64,000 nt of DNA from Squalus acanthias (Eukaryota), in the NCBI GenBank assembly GCA_030390025.1, contig JASTWF010000033.1:3288001-3352000 (forward strand), written 5' to 3'. The notes beneath the pieces were generated by a model. That model saw only the letters and a list, made by a program, of their open reading frames with translations. It ran no database searches and had not been told where the DNA came from. Each line of letters opens with the position of its first letter. Position 1 is the first letter of the stretch. Below are positions 13,311 through 25,984 of this stretch, one piece after another. A program made the position numbers and the translations under genes.

Positions 13311-13809
13311 GATTGAGCAAGTTTAAAACAGACGAGAGAAAGACACACACACTGAAAGAGACAAGCTTTTATCACAGCAGAGGGGAGTGTGAAGCAGGAA
13401 TTTCGACTGCTCGTGTGGATAAGAGAAAAATGTTGCCTTTGCAGAAAAGATTGGAAGCGATAAAACATCAAAGGCTTCCCGAAGAAATGAGAACCACTGT
13501 ATCAACAGGATACACTCAGGGAGGGAGTGATGGTTCATGATTAAATCTGTTTCGTTCTCCACGGATGCTGCCTGGCCTGCAGAGTGTTTCCAGCATTTTC
13601 TGTTGTTATTTCAGATTTCCAGCATCCGCAGTATTTTGCTATTGTGTTAGATTTTAGTATCTGATTGACTTGATTTAATAAAATTAAAATCAAAACTTAT
13701 TTCAGTGTTTCCCTACGCCTCGAACTTGTATTAGAGATAAAGGATGTATGACAATATCCTAGAATACATCCACAAGGGCAATAGGAATATACGACTACAT
13801 CCTGCAGCT

Positions 13810-15110
13810 AAGGACAAAGTGACTGAACACAGAGAAATTTGAGTTGATTAGAGAGAGGCAATATGGATTTGTAAAGGGAAGTTCATGTCTAACGAACCTC
13901 ATTGAATTTTGAGGAATTAGCTGAAGTAATAGACAGGGGAATGTCTACGGATGTGTTGTATATGGACTTCCAGAAGGCATTCAATGAGGTTCTGTACAAG
14001 AGACTGTCAGCGAAAATTAAAGGTCATGGAATTGAAGGCAAATTATTGAGCTGGTTAGGAGATTGGTTAGGTGGTAGAAGACAGAGATTAGGGATAATGG
14101 GAATGTACTCAAATTGGAAGGAAGTGACTTGTGGTGTCCCACAAGAATCTGTGCTGGGGAGTCAACTCTTCACTATATTTATTAATGACAGGGATAACAT
14201 AATAGAGAGCCATATATCCAGGTTTACCGATGACACAAAGATAGATGGCACAGTAACTAGTTTAGGTGGGAGCATAAAATTACAAAGAGACATTGATAGA
14301 TTAACTGAGTGGGAAAAACTGTGGCAGCTGGATTTCAACGCAGTGAAGTGTGAGGTCATCCATTCTGGACCAAAGAAAGACAGATGTGAGTATTTTTTAA
14401 ATGGTGGAAAGCTGGGAACAGTGAAGCTCCAAAGACATTTAGGGGTTTGTGTAAAGAGTTCATTAAAATATAGTGATCAGGTGCAAAAAATAATCAACAA
14501 AGCTAAAGGAATGTTAGCCTTTATATCTAGAGGGCCAGAATACAAGGGGGATTGCTAGAGGTATACAAAGCCCTGGTTAGATCACATCTGGAGCACTGTG
14601 TACAGTTCTGGGCACCGCACCTTGTAAAGGATATCTTGGCCTTGGAGAATGTTACCAGGGCCCAAGGGTTAAATTATGAGGCAGCTTACATAAACCTGGC
14701 TTCTATTCCTGGAATATAGAAGGTTAAGGGGTGAGATGATTGAGGTTACCGGGATTTTGAACGGAATTGATAGGATTGGGAGAGAAAACCTTTTTCCACT
14801 GGTGGAGGAGTCTCGGACAAGGGGTCATAACCTTAAAATCAGAACCAGGCCATTCAGGAGAGAATTTAGGAAACACTTCTTCACACAAAGGGTGGTAGAA
14901 GTGTGGAACCCTCTCCCGCAAAAAGCAGTAGATGTCTCAAATAATAATCTTATATCTGAGGTCGATAGATTTTTCATCACCAAGAGTATTAAGGGATATG
15001 GAGCTAAGTCAGGTGGATGGAGTTAGGACACAGATTAGCCACGATCTCATTGAATGGAGGGACAGGCTCGATGGGCTCAAGGGCCGACTCCTGTTTCTAT
15101 GTCCTGTGTT
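13810..15110 (+). mobile_element. CR1-type LINE, 5'-truncated RT fragment
   Basis: YMDFQKAF, GVPQESVLG, FTDDTK, NAVKCEVIH and a CR1 3' end. Confidence 0.95.
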
Positions 15111-15112
15111 TC

Positions 15113-15375
15113 TAATACCTCCACCTCAGGGCAACAGGGATATATGACAATATCCTCCAATACCTCAATAATGTCAATAGGGATATATGACAATATCCTC
15201 CAATACCTCAATAATGTCAATAGGGATATACGACAATATCCTCCAATACCTCAATAAGGGCAATAGGGATATATGACAATATTCTCCAATACCACAATAA
15301 GGTCAATAGGGATATATGACAATATTCTCCAATAACACAATAAGGGCAATAGGGATATATGAAAATATCCTAAAA
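15113..15375. repeat. 43-bp minisatellite, ~6 copies
   Basis: Unit caatagggatatatgacaatatcctccaatacctcaataatgt starts at 15132, 15175, 15218 and onward. Confidence 0.9.
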
Positions 15376-15404
15376 AGCTTCGACATGAGGACAATACAAC
15401 AACT

Positions 15405-16710
15405 TACATAGATTACATAGATTACATAGAAGATAGGAGCAGGAGTAGGCCATCCGGCCCTTTGAGCCTGCTCCGCCATTTAATGAGATCATGGCTGATC
15501 CTGCAATTCAGTATCCCGTCCCCGCCTTCTCTCCGTAACCCTTAACCCCTTTTGCCTGTAGAAATATATCTAATTCCCTCTTAAATATATTTAATGAGCT
15601 GGCGTACACTGCCCTCTGTGGCAATGAGTTCCACAGGTTCAGCACCCTCTGACTGAAGAAATTCCCCCTCATTTCTGTCCTAAATGGTTTAGCCCTTATC
15701 CTTAAATTATGTCCTCTAGTTCTGTTCTCACCCGCCAAGGGAAACATTCCTTCTGCATCTAGTCTGTCTAGACCTGTCAGAATTGTATACACTTCTATGA
15801 GGTCCCCTCTCAATCTTCTAAACTCCAGTGTGTACATCCCTAAACTACATAGTCTCTCCTCATAGGTCAATCCCGCCATTCCTGGTATCAGCCTGGTGAA
15901 TCGCCGCTGCAACCCCTACATGGTAAGAACATCTTTCCTCAGATGAGGCGACCAAAACTGTACACAGTACTCGAGGTGTGGTCTCCCCAGTGCCCTGTAC
16001 AGCTGCAGCAAGGTATCCCTGTTCCTGTATTCCAACCCTTTTGCTATGAAGGCCAGCATACCGTTTGCCTTCTTGACCGCCTGTTGCACCTGCATGCTCG
16101 CCTTCAGTGACTGGTGTACAAGAACACCCAGGTCTCTCTGTACTTCCCCCTCTCCCAATTTATTGCCATTTAAATAATAATTTGCCCTCCCGTTCCTGCA
16201 CCCAAGGTGGATAACTTCGCACTTGTCCACATTATAGTGCATCTGCCATTTATCCGCCCAATCACCCAGTCTGTCCAAATCGCTCTGGAGCTTCCTGGTC
16301 TCCTCCTCTGAGCCCACTCCCCCTCCTAGTTTAGTGACGTCTGCAAATTTGGAAATGCTGCATCCGACTCCCTGATCCAGGTCATTAATGTAAATTGTGA
16401 ACAGCTGGGGACCCAGGACAGATCCCTGTGGTACCCCACTTGTTACTGCCTGCCATTCAGAAAATGACCCGTTTATTCCAACTCTCTGTTTTCTATCTGA
16501 CAGCCAGTTCTCTATCCACGTCAATACTTTCCCCTTTATCCCATGAGCTTCAATTTTCCATGCTAATCTTTTATGTGGGACCTTATCGAAGGCCTTTTGG
16601 AAGTCCAGGTACACCACATCTACTGGCTCTCCCCCATCTATTTTACCAGTTACTCCCTCAAAAAATTCCAATAGATTAGTCAAGCACGATTTATCCTTTG
16701 TAAATCCAAC
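15405..16710 (-). mobile_element. CR1-type LINE RT/3' end, well preserved
   Basis: 255-aa ORF with [23 protein letters not shown] and FADVTK, one stop, then the C-terminal ORF; tail (acatagatt)n. Confidence 0.95.
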
Positions 16711-17285
16711 TTGTATTTATATAGCTTCTGTAACGTAGTAAGATGGTAAAAAGTCCCAAGACGATTCACACGAGCATTTCAGACAACATTTGACACCGAG
16801 CCACATTAGGGCAGATGACCAAAATGTTGTTCAAAGGTTTTCAGGATGTTTAAATGAGGAAACAGAGGTAGAGAGGTTTAGAGAGGAAATTCAGAGCGGA
16901 AACTCAGAGCTAAGGGCCGAGGCAGCTGAAGGCACGGCCACTAATGGAGGAGTGATTAAAATCAGGGATGCTCAAGAGGCCAGAATTAGAGGAGCGCAGA
17001 TACCTCGGAGGGATTTTTGTGGGGCTGGAGGAGATTACAAAGATAGGGAGGGGCGAGGCCCTGGAGGGATTTGAAAACAAGGATGAGAATTTTAAATTGA
17101 GACGTTGCCTAACCGGGAGTCAATGTAGGTCAGCGAGCACAGGGGTTTTGGGTGAACGGGACTTGGTGCGAGTTGGACACGGGCAGCAGAGTTTTGGATG
17201 ACCTCAAGTTTACGGAGGGGAGAAGGTGGGACGCTGGCCAGGAGAGCGTTGGAATAGTCAAGTCTAGAGGTGGTAAAGGCAATGG
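16710..17285 (-). mobile_element. L2-type LINE 3' fragment
   Basis: TSRLDYSNALLAS...KLEVIQNSAAR is the typical L2 ORF2 C-terminal motif, followed by an L2-like tail. Confidence 0.8.
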
Positions 17286-17411
17286 ATGATTGAGGTGTAT
17301 CCCATATCCTACAATACCCCCACAGAACAGGAAAAGCGATATGACAATATCTATGATACCCCCACATACGGCCAATAAGGATGTATGACAATATCCTGCA
17401 ATGTCCCCACA

Positions 17412-18715
17412 GTAGAAAAACATGTGGAAACAGAAAACGTGATAAAGAATAGTCAGAACGGATTTCAAAAGGGAAGGTCATGCGTGACCAACCTTATTCA
17501 ATTCTGTGAAGTAGTAACAAAGAGAAGACAAGGACAATACAGTAGATGTAATAGATTTGGATTTTCAAAAGGCCTTCGATAAGGTACCGCATCGTAGACT
17601 CATGACTGTGGTCAGAGCATGTGGAGTCAGGGGACCGGTAGCAGAATGGATAGCGCGCTGGCTGCACAACAGAAAACAGAGAGTCGAGGTTAAGCTGGCA
17701 AATGTTGGGAAGTGGTTTTCCACAAGGATCGGTGCTGGGACCACTGTTCACAATTTACATCAATGATTTGGACTCGGGAATCAGAAATACAATTTCAAAA
17801 TTTGTGGATGACACCAAATTGGGGGAGTCGAGTTAATACTGAGAAAGACTGCGACAAAATACAAGAGAACATTAATAAACTCGCAGAATGGGCGTGTAAT
17901 TGGCAAATTAATTTCAATATCGATAAGTGAGAGATTTCACATTTTTATAGGAAGAATAAGGAGGCCACATACTGCTTGGAAATTAATAGTCTAACTGGGG
18001 CAGATGAGCAAAGGGATCTGGGGGTACAGATACTCAAATCACTAAAAGTAGCGACGCAGGTTAATAAGGCCATAAGAAAGCAAACCAAGCCCTTGAGTTC
18101 GTTTCTAAAGGGATGGAATTGAAAAGCAGACAAGGTTTGTTAAACTTGTATTGAACCTTGGTTAGACCACATTTAACTTTAATTTTCACAGTTCTGGTCT
18201 CCATATTATAAAAAGGATGGAGAGACACTGAAAAAGGTGCAAAAAAGATTTACAAAGATGATACCAAAACTGTGAGGTTATAATTATCAGGAAAGGCAGA
18301 ACAGGCCTCTAGAAAAGAGAAGGCTGAGGGGTGAGCTCAGAGTTCTGTAAGATTATGAAAGGGTTTGATAGTGTCGACGTGGAGAGATTCTTCCACTTGT
18401 GGGGAGAGGCCAAAACTAGGCTCCAGAAATACAAGCTGGCCATTAATAAATCCCACAGGGAATTCAGGAGAAACTTCTTTGCCCAGAGAGTGGTTAGAAT
18501 GTGGAACTTGCTACCACAAGGAGTAGTTGAGGCGAACAGCACAGGCGCGTTTGAGGGGAAGCTTGATAAGCACCTGAGGGTGAAAGGAATAGAAGGAGAT
18601 GCTGAAAGGTCAGGTGAAGAGGGCTGGGAGGAGGCTAGTGTCAATCACAAACACCGCTATAGACCAGAGGGACCCAATGGCCTGTTTCTGTGCTGTAAAT
18701 TCAATGTAATTCAGT
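17412..18715 (+). mobile_element. CR1-type LINE RT/3' end, frameshifted
   Basis: SQNGFQKGRSCVTNL, DFQKAFDKVPH and RRNFFAQRVVRMWNLLP. Confidence 0.9.
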
Positions 18716-18749
18716 GCAAAAGTGCGATAGGAATATATGACAATAGCTA

Positions 18750-19220
18750 TAATAAAAAAGACTTGCATTTCTATAGCGCCTTTCACGACCACCAGACGTC
18801 TCAAAGCGCTTTACAGCCAATGAAGTACTTTTGAAGTGGAGTCACTGTTGTAATGTGGGAAACACGGCAGCCAATTTGTGCACAGCAAGCTCCCACAAAC
18901 AGCAATGTGATAATGACCAGATAATCTGTTTTTGTTATGTTGGTTGAGGGATAAATATTGGCCAGGACACCGGGGATAACTCCCCTGCTCTTCTTCGAAA
19001 TAGTGCCATGGGATCTTTTACACCCACCTGAGAGCGCAGACGGGACCTCGGTTTAACGTCTCATCTGAAAGACGGCACCTCCGACAGTGTAGCACTCCCT
19101 CAGCACTGCACTGGAGTGTCAGCTTAGCTTTATGTGCTCAAGTCCCTGGATTTGGACTGTGAACCCACGACCTTCTGACTCAGAGGCGACTGTGCTACCC
19201 ACTGAGCCACAGCTGACACC
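18750..19220 (-). mobile_element. tRNA-headed DeuSINE (SacSINE1-like), near full length
   Basis: Minus strand shows an A-box head gtggctcagtgggtagc, a B-box-like gggttc, the Deu core gtaaaagatcccatggcactatttcgaagaagagcagggg...ccaatatttatccctc and an L2-like tail gtgaaaggcgctatagaaatgcaagt. Confidence 0.85.
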
Positions 19221-19559
19221 TCAACCTAATGACAATAGGGATATATTAAATATCCTCAATAAATCCAACATTAATTGACGACTGCGGCAATACTTCAGAC
19301 ATGTAATTGTTTGAATGTAACAAGAGTCTGTGTGTACAACAGAAAAGGCAGAGAGTTTGTGTGAGAGAGAAATGGGAAGACAATATTTGAGAGGGGAGGA
19401 GGGGACAAGAATGGACAGAGAGCCTGTGTGTAGGAGCAAAGGGAAAACAAGTCAGGATGTCTGAGAGGGGAGGTGGAAAATCGGAGTCTGTGTAAGAGAT
19501 GGGAGAGAGAATCTGTGTCTAAAAGAGGGGATGGAGAGCCTGATAGTGAGAGATACAGA

Positions 19560-21915
19560 GGTAGTCTCTGTGCGAGAGAGGGAGTGTGCGAGTGAGGGAG
19601 TGTGAGAGAGAGTGAGTGTGCGAGAGAGGGAGTGTGAAAGAGAGGGAGTGAGTGAAAGAGGGAGTGAGTGATAGAGGGAGTGAGTGAGAGAGGGTGAGTG
19701 TGAGAGAGGGCGAGTCCGTGAGAGTTAGCGAGTCCGTGATAAAGAGCGAGTCCGTGAGAGAGAGAGTGTGTGAGAGAGTGAGTCTGAGAGAGAGAGTGTG
19801 TGAGAGAGTGAGTCTGAGAGAGCCAGTGTGTGAGAGTGAATCTGAGGGAGACAATGTGTGAGCGAGAGTCTGAGAGAGACACTGTGTGAGAGAGAGTGTG
19901 TGAGAGAGAGTAAGTCTGAGAGAGACAGTGGGAGAGAGAGAGAGAGAGTCTGAGAGACAGTTTGAGAGAGAGTGAGCCTGAGAGAGAAAGTTTGAGAGAG
20001 AGGGTGTCTGAAAGAGACAGTGTGTGAGAGATAGCCTGAGACAGTGTGTGAGAGAGTGAGTCTGAGAGAGAGTGTGTGAGAGCGTGACTCTGAGAGACAG
20101 TGTGTGAGAGAGTGAGTCTGAGATACAGTTTGTGAGGGAGTGAGTCTGAGAGAGTTTGTGAGAGTGAGCGTCTGAGAGAGACATGTGTGAGAGAGTGAGT
20201 CTGAGAGAGACAGTGTGAGAGAGTGAGTCTGAGAGAGACAGTGTGTGAGAGAGTGAGTCTGAGAGAGACAGTGTGTGTGAGAGAGTAAGTCTGAGAGAGA
20301 CAGTGTGTGAGAGAGTGAGTCTGAGAGAGACAGTGTGTGAGAGAGTGAATCTGAGAGAGACAGTGTGTGAGAGAGTGAATATGAGAGAGACAGTGTGTGA
20401 GAGAGTGAGTCTGAGAGAGAAGGTGTCTGAGCGAGTGAGTCTGAGAGAGACAGTGTGTGAGAGAGTGAGTCTGAGAGAGAGTGTGTGAGAAGGGTGAGTC
20501 TGAGAGAGAGTGTGTGAGAGGGTGAGTCTTAGACAGACAGTGTGTGAGAGAGACAGTGTGAGAGTGATTCTGAGAGAGATGGTGTGTGAGAGAGTGAGTC
20601 TGAGAGAGACAGTGTGAGAGAGTCTGAGAGAGAGTGTGTGTGAGAGTGAGTCTGAGAGAGATGGTGGGTGAGAGAGTGAGTCTGACAGAGACAGTGTGTG
20701 AGAGAGAGAGTCTGAGAGAGACAATGTGAGAGTGTGAGTCTGAGAGAGACAGTGTGTGAGAGAGTGAGTCTGAGAGAGACAGTGTGAGAGAGTGAATCTG
20801 AGAGAGACAGTGTGTGAGAGTCTGAGAGAGAGTATGTGTGAGAGTGAGTCTGAGAGAGATGGTGGGTGAGAGAGTGAGTCTGAGAGAGACAGTGTGAGAG
20901 AGAGAGTCTGATAGAGACAGTATGTGAGAGAGTGAGTCTGAGAGAGACAGTGTGCGAGAGAGAGTCTGAGAGAGACAGTGTGTGAGGGAGTGTGTCTGAG
21001 AGATACAGTGTGTGAGAGTGAGTCTGAGAGAGATGGTGTGTGAGAGAGTGAGTCTGAGAGAGATGGTGTGTGAGAGAGTGAGTCTGAGAGAGACAATGTG
21101 TGAGAGAGTGAGTCTGAGAGAGACAATGTGTGAGAGAGAGTGAGTCTGAGAGAGACAGTTTGAGAGAGAGTGAGTCTGAGAGAGACAGTGTGTGAGAGAG
21201 TCTGAGAGAGACAGTGTGTGAGAGAGTGTGTGAGAGTGAGTCTGAGAGAGACAGTGTGTGCGAGAGTGAGTGTGAGAGAGAGACAGTGTTTGAGAGAGTG
21301 TATCTGAGAGTGTGAGAGCGAATCAGAGAGAGAGTGTGAGATACTGATTCTGAGAGAGACAGTGTGTGAGAAAGTGAGTCGGAGAGAGATAGTGTGAGAG
21401 TCTGAGAGAGACAGTGTGTGAGAGAGAGTCTGAGAGAGACAATGTGTGTGAGAGAGTGAGTCTGAGAGAGACAGTTTGAGAGAGAGTCTGAGAGAGACAG
21501 TGTGAGAGAGTCTGAGAGAGACAGTGTGTGAGAGAGTCTGAGAGAGATAGTGTGTTAGAGTCTGAGAGAGACAGTGTGTGTGAGAGAGTGAGTCTGAGAG
21601 AGACAGTGTGTGACAGTCTGAGAGAGACAGTGTGTGAGAGAGAGTGAATCTGAGAGAGACAGTTTGAGAGAGAGTCTGAGAGAGACAGTGTGAGAGAGTC
21701 TGAGAGAGACAGTGTGTGAGAGAGAGTTTGAGAGAGACAGTGTGAGAGAGTGAGTCTGAGAGAGACAGTATGTGAGAGAGAGTCTGAGAGAGAGAGAGTG
21801 TGTGAGAGAGTGAGTCTGAGAGAGACAGTGTGAGAGAGTGAGTCTGAGAGAGACGGTGTGTGAGAGAGTGAGACTCAGAGAGACAGTGTGAGAGAGAGTG
21901 AGACTCAGAGGCTGT
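19560..21915. repeat. Compound GA/GT minisatellite (~26-32-bp units, gagagagacagtgtgtgagagagtgagtct)
   Basis: ~2.3-kb direct array that accounts for the spurious S/H/L/T-rich ORFs. Confidence 0.95.
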
Positions 21916-22204
21916 GTGTGAGAATGAGCATGGGAATGAGGGAGGGTCGGAAAGGGAGGGAGCGAGTGAGAGAGGGAGAGAGAGAGAAGGTGTGCATACA
22001 AGAGTGAGAAGAACAGAGACTGTGGGCGACAAAGGGGAGAAACACTTTTTAACGATGAGGAGGGAGAAAAGGGGTAAAGAGACTGTTTGTACTCGAGAAC
22101 TGAGGGATAAAGAACATGAGAGGTTGGAAAGGAGAAAGAGAGAGAGCGAGAGTCAGAGAGAGCGAGAGAGAGAGAGAGACAGGATGGGTGAATCACAAAA
22201 AAAC

Positions 22205-22970
22205 TGAGAGTTTTGGTTAACAGCTGTTTCTTGCACTGGAAGAATTTAAACAGTGGTGATCCCCAGGGGTCAGTGTGGGCACCATTGCTTTTCTCAATAT
22301 ATGTGGTTATGATTGACCTGAATTTGGGTGTTGAGGTCACAATAACAAACATTGCAGCTTCCACAAAGATAAGGAGTGAGGTTAACCATGAAGAGGACTG
22401 TAGAGAACTTCAGGAGGAGATAGACAGATGAGCAGATTGGACAGGGAGATGTCAGATGGAAATTAATGCAGAGAGATGTGAGGTGAGAAGAATAAGGAGA
22501 GGAAATTGACACTATACGATAAAACTGTAAAAGGAGTGGAGGAGCAGAGAGATTCAGGGATTCAGATAGACAAATCTTTAAATGTGGGAGGCAAGTTGAT
22601 AAAGCTGTTTTACAAAATTCCACATGAGATCCGAGGAATTATAAATAAGGACATAGAGTATAACAGCAGAGTTAAAGCTACACCTGGACAAATCATTGGT
22701 TCGGCCACAGTCAGAATATTGTCTCCAGTTTTTGTTGCATTATTTTAGTAAGAATGTCAAGGCCATGGAGAGGTCAGAAGAGATTCACTTAGATGATCCC
22801 AAGGATGGGAGTCTTCACATAACTTTTCTTAAGAGTAGAGAAGTTGAAAAGGAGAACAGATAGAGGGGTTCAACATTTTGAGTGGGTTTTTAATGAAGTA
22901 ACAGAAATAAACTATCCCCACTGGTTCGTGAGTCGGTAACTAGAGGATATCAATTTAAGACCAAAATAAT
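22205..22970 (+). mobile_element. Old degenerate CR1 RT fragment
   Basis: SGDPQGSVWAPLLFSIYV and DCRELQEEIDR, followed by decayed 3' sequence. Confidence 0.7.
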
Positions 22971-23309
22971 TGAGTGACAGGTTGATTTTTCCTTTTCTGC
23001 AAAGTCTTCCTGAACACATTTACAGTCTCATTACTGTTTGTCAAACCTCCTACTTTTGTGCCATCAGCAAATGTTCAGATTGTGCTCCTGATTCCTAAAT
23101 CCGAACAGTCTCTGTTTACGGGGAAGAAAAGTGGGCCCAGCACTGACCCCTGGGTTAACCACTTCCAACCCTTCACCAATCTGAGCAACTCCCATTAACG
23201 CTGACCCTCTGTTTCCTGTCCTCCGCCAACTTTCTACCTGCATGTTCCACTTCCTTTTAAACTGCCCACCTGAACAGAGTGGCCATTACCCCGGGGATCC
23301 CCCAGTTAC

Positions 23310-23500
23310 CTTCAGACCGTTGATCGCCATTTCCCTGATTTCACTGGACGTCCTTCACAGTCTCATCGAATTGTCTCGATGTCTCCCGGCCATGTGATCA
23401 TCCAAAGCAGTTTCCAGTCGGAATGATCTATTCTCCGGAACATTTCATCTCCGGTCAAAATTCATTCTCAAAATTCCTGGAAGTTCCGGCACGACTTCTC
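23310..23500 (-). other. Putative 191-nt exon of an unidentified host transcript
   Basis: Unique sequence bounded by acceptor gtgtctttcttccacag| and donor CTGAAG|gtaact. An ATG at 23330 in good context would give MAINGLK in phase 0. Confidence 0.5.
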
Positions 23501-23562
23501 CTGTGGAAGAAAGACACATCGGGTTAGGGGACGGAAGAATTAAGGACCATTCTGATGTGCTC

Positions 23563-25405
23563 GGTGTCGGCCTTGGCTCATTGGTAACTCTCGCTTCTAG
23601 AATCAGAAAGGTTGTGTGTTCAAGCCCCCCTCCAGAGAGTTAAGCACAAAATCCAGGCTGAAACTGCAATGGGGTGCTGAGGGAGTGCCGCACTGTCGCA
23701 GGTGCCGTCTTTTGGATGGGACGTTAACCCGAGGCCCTGTCTGCCCTCTCAGGTGGACGTAAAAGATCCCACGGCACTATTTCGAAGAAGAGTGGCCGAG
23801 TTCCCCCCGGTGTCCGGGGCCAATATTTCTCCCTTGACCAACATCACTGAAGCGATTATTTGGCCATTGGCCTCAGTGCTGTGTGTGGGATCTTGCTGTG
23901 TCCACAGTGCTGTTTGTGGGCTATTGCTGTGCCCACAGTGCTGTGGGTGGGATCTTGCTGTGTCCACAGTGCTGTGTGTGGGATCTTGCTGTGCCCACAG
24001 TGCTGTGTGTGGGATCTTGCTGTGTCCACAGTGCTGTGTGGGGGATCTTGCTGTGCCCACAGTGCTGTGTGTGGGATCTTGCTGTGTCCACAGTGCTGTG
24101 TGTGGGATCTTGCTGTGCCCACCGTGCTGTGTGTGCGATCTTGCTGTGCCCACAGTGCTGTGTGTGCGATCTTGCTGTGCCCACAGTGATGTGTGTGGGA
24201 TCTTGCTGTGCCCACAGTGCTGTGGGTGGGATCTTGCTGTGTCCACAGTGCTGTGTGTGGGATCTTGCTGTGCCCACAGTGCTGTGTGTGGGATCTTGCT
24301 GTGTCCACAGTGCTGTGTGTGGGTTCTTGCTGTGTCCACAGTGCTGTGTGTGGGATCTTGCTGTGTCCACAGTGCTGTTTGTAGAATATTGCTGTGTCCA
24401 CAGTGCTGTGTGTGGGATCTTGCTGTGCCCACAGTGCTGTGTGTGGGATCTTGCTGTACCCACCGTGCTGTGTGTGGGATCTTGCTGTGTCCACAGTACT
24501 GTGTGTGGGATATTGCTGTGTCCACAGTGCTGTGTATGGGATCTTGCTGTGTCCACAGTACTGTGTGTGGGATCTTGCTGTGCCCACAGTGATGTGTGTG
24601 GGATCTTGCTGTATCCACAGTGCTGTGTGTGGGATCTTCCTGTGTCCACAGTGCTGTGTGTGGGATCTTGCTGTGCCCACAGTGCTGTGTGTGGGATCTT
24701 GCTGTGCCCACAGTGCTGTGTGTGGGATCTTGCTGTGTCCACAGTACTGTGTGTGGGATCTTGCTGTGCCCACAGTGCTGTGTGTGGGATCTTGCTGTGT
24801 CTACAGTGCTGTGTGTGGGATCTTGCTGTGTCCACAGTGCTGTGTGTGGGATCTTGCTGTGCCCACATTGATGTGTGTGGGATCTTGCTGTGTCCACAGT
24901 GCTGTGTGTGGGATCTTGCTGTGTCCACAGTGCTGTGTGTGGGATCTTGCTGTGTCCACAGTGCTGTGTGTGGGTTCTTGCTGTGTCCACAGTGCTGTGT
25001 GTGGGATCTTGCTGTGCCCACAGTGCTGTGTGTGGGATCTTGCTGTGTCCACAGTGCTGTGTGTGGGATCTTGCTGTGCCCACAGTGCTGTGTGTGGGAT
25101 CTTGCTGTGCCCACAGTGCTGTGTGTGGGATCTTGCTGTGTCCACAGTGCTGTGTGTGGGATTCTGCTGTGCCCACAGTACTGTGTGTGGGATCTTGCTG
25201 TGTCCACAGTGCTGTGTGTGGGATCTTGCTGTGCCCACAGTGCTGTGTGTGGGATCTTGCTGTGTCCACAGTGCTGTGTGGGATCTTGCTGTGCTCACAG
25301 TGCCTGCCGCTTTTCTTGGAGTGAGCACCCTTCACAAGCCCCCAATTGTGTGTGAGGCTCTGGGCCGGGCTGAGGCTGTGAAAGGCGCTGGGGAAATGCA
25401 GGTTG
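23563..25405 (+). mobile_element. DeuSINE (SacSINE1-like) copy with an internal minisatellite expansion
   Basis: Head and Deu core at 23563-23870 match the SINE at 18750-19220; the SINE 3' end (gtgaaaggcgctggggaaatgcagg) resumes after 25300. Confidence 0.85.
23874..25302. repeat. 31-bp minisatellite, ~46 copies
   Basis: Unit cacagtgctgtgtgtgggatcttgctgtg(t/c)c with period 31 (e.g. gatc at 23951 and 23982). Confidence 0.97.
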
Positions 25406-25409
25406 CCCC

Positions 25410-25825
25410 GGCCTCGCTCTCATCTCAGCGCCCGCCCGCTCTCTCTGGCCGGAGCCTGGAGCCGCCCCCTGACCCCTGAGCCTCGGCCCCGGGTCAAAAC
25501 TCTGACGTCATCGAGCATTTTGTCGTCACCCGCGGCCCGACCGCCATCTTGGTGTGACCTACCTCACTGCGCATGCGCGCTTCTGACGGCCATGAAACCG
25601 CGCGATTAAAAGGAAAAGTGACGTCAGTTTCCAGCAAAATCACCGCTCGCTCTGAACCGAGAGACTGAAAGTTTGTCCCGCGCCGCAGAGAGAAAGCGGC
25701 GGCTCATCTGGTGGGTGAGGTGCGCATGTGTGAACTCTGCTCCCAGAGTGCAGCGCGGCCTGTGTCACAGAGATAGGGGCCTTTCCCTGGCGCTCTGCAT
25801 TGTGGGAGCTGCAGCCCGCCATGGC
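25410..25825. promoter_or_regulatory. CpG-island Pol II promoter with housekeeping motifs
   Basis: CpG-dense, with CRE TGACGTCA at 25503 and 25619, YY1 CCGCCATCTT at 25541, NRF1 TGCGCATGCGC at 25568 and a ZNF143/SBS-like gctgcagctcccacaatgca on the minus strand (~25796-25815). Confidence 0.7.
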
Positions 25826-25827
25826 AG

Positions 25828-25900
25828 CCCGGCAACAAATCAAATGCAGAGCATTTGACAGAAGATCTAAAGGCCCCTGGTTCAATCCCGGGTACTGCCA
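25828..25900 (+). pseudogene. tRNA-Phe(GAA) pseudogene
   Basis: 3' half gaagatctaaaggcccctggttcaatcccggg matches vertebrate tRNA-Phe; the 5' half is decayed. Confidence 0.7.
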
Positions 25901-25984
25901 ATTTTGTTTAATTTGTATCTCCTTCACTATAAGTGGAGAGAATCAGGAGAGACTTTTCGCTCTTGAACCCACGCCTCCCAGACC

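Noticed and set aside
19295..22364. 837-aa and neighbouring SHTLSL-rich ORFs
   Set aside because: They are readthrough of the GA/GT repeat.
23874..25302. CRISPR-like array
   Set aside because: The units are head-to-tail with no unique spacers, there are no cas genes, and the context is eukaryotic. The same applies to the 43-bp and 49-bp arrays.
23702..25479. Long Cys-rich (keratin-associated-like) and His/Thr-rich ORFs in all six frames
   Set aside because: They are translation artefacts of the 31-bp SINE-derived minisatellite.
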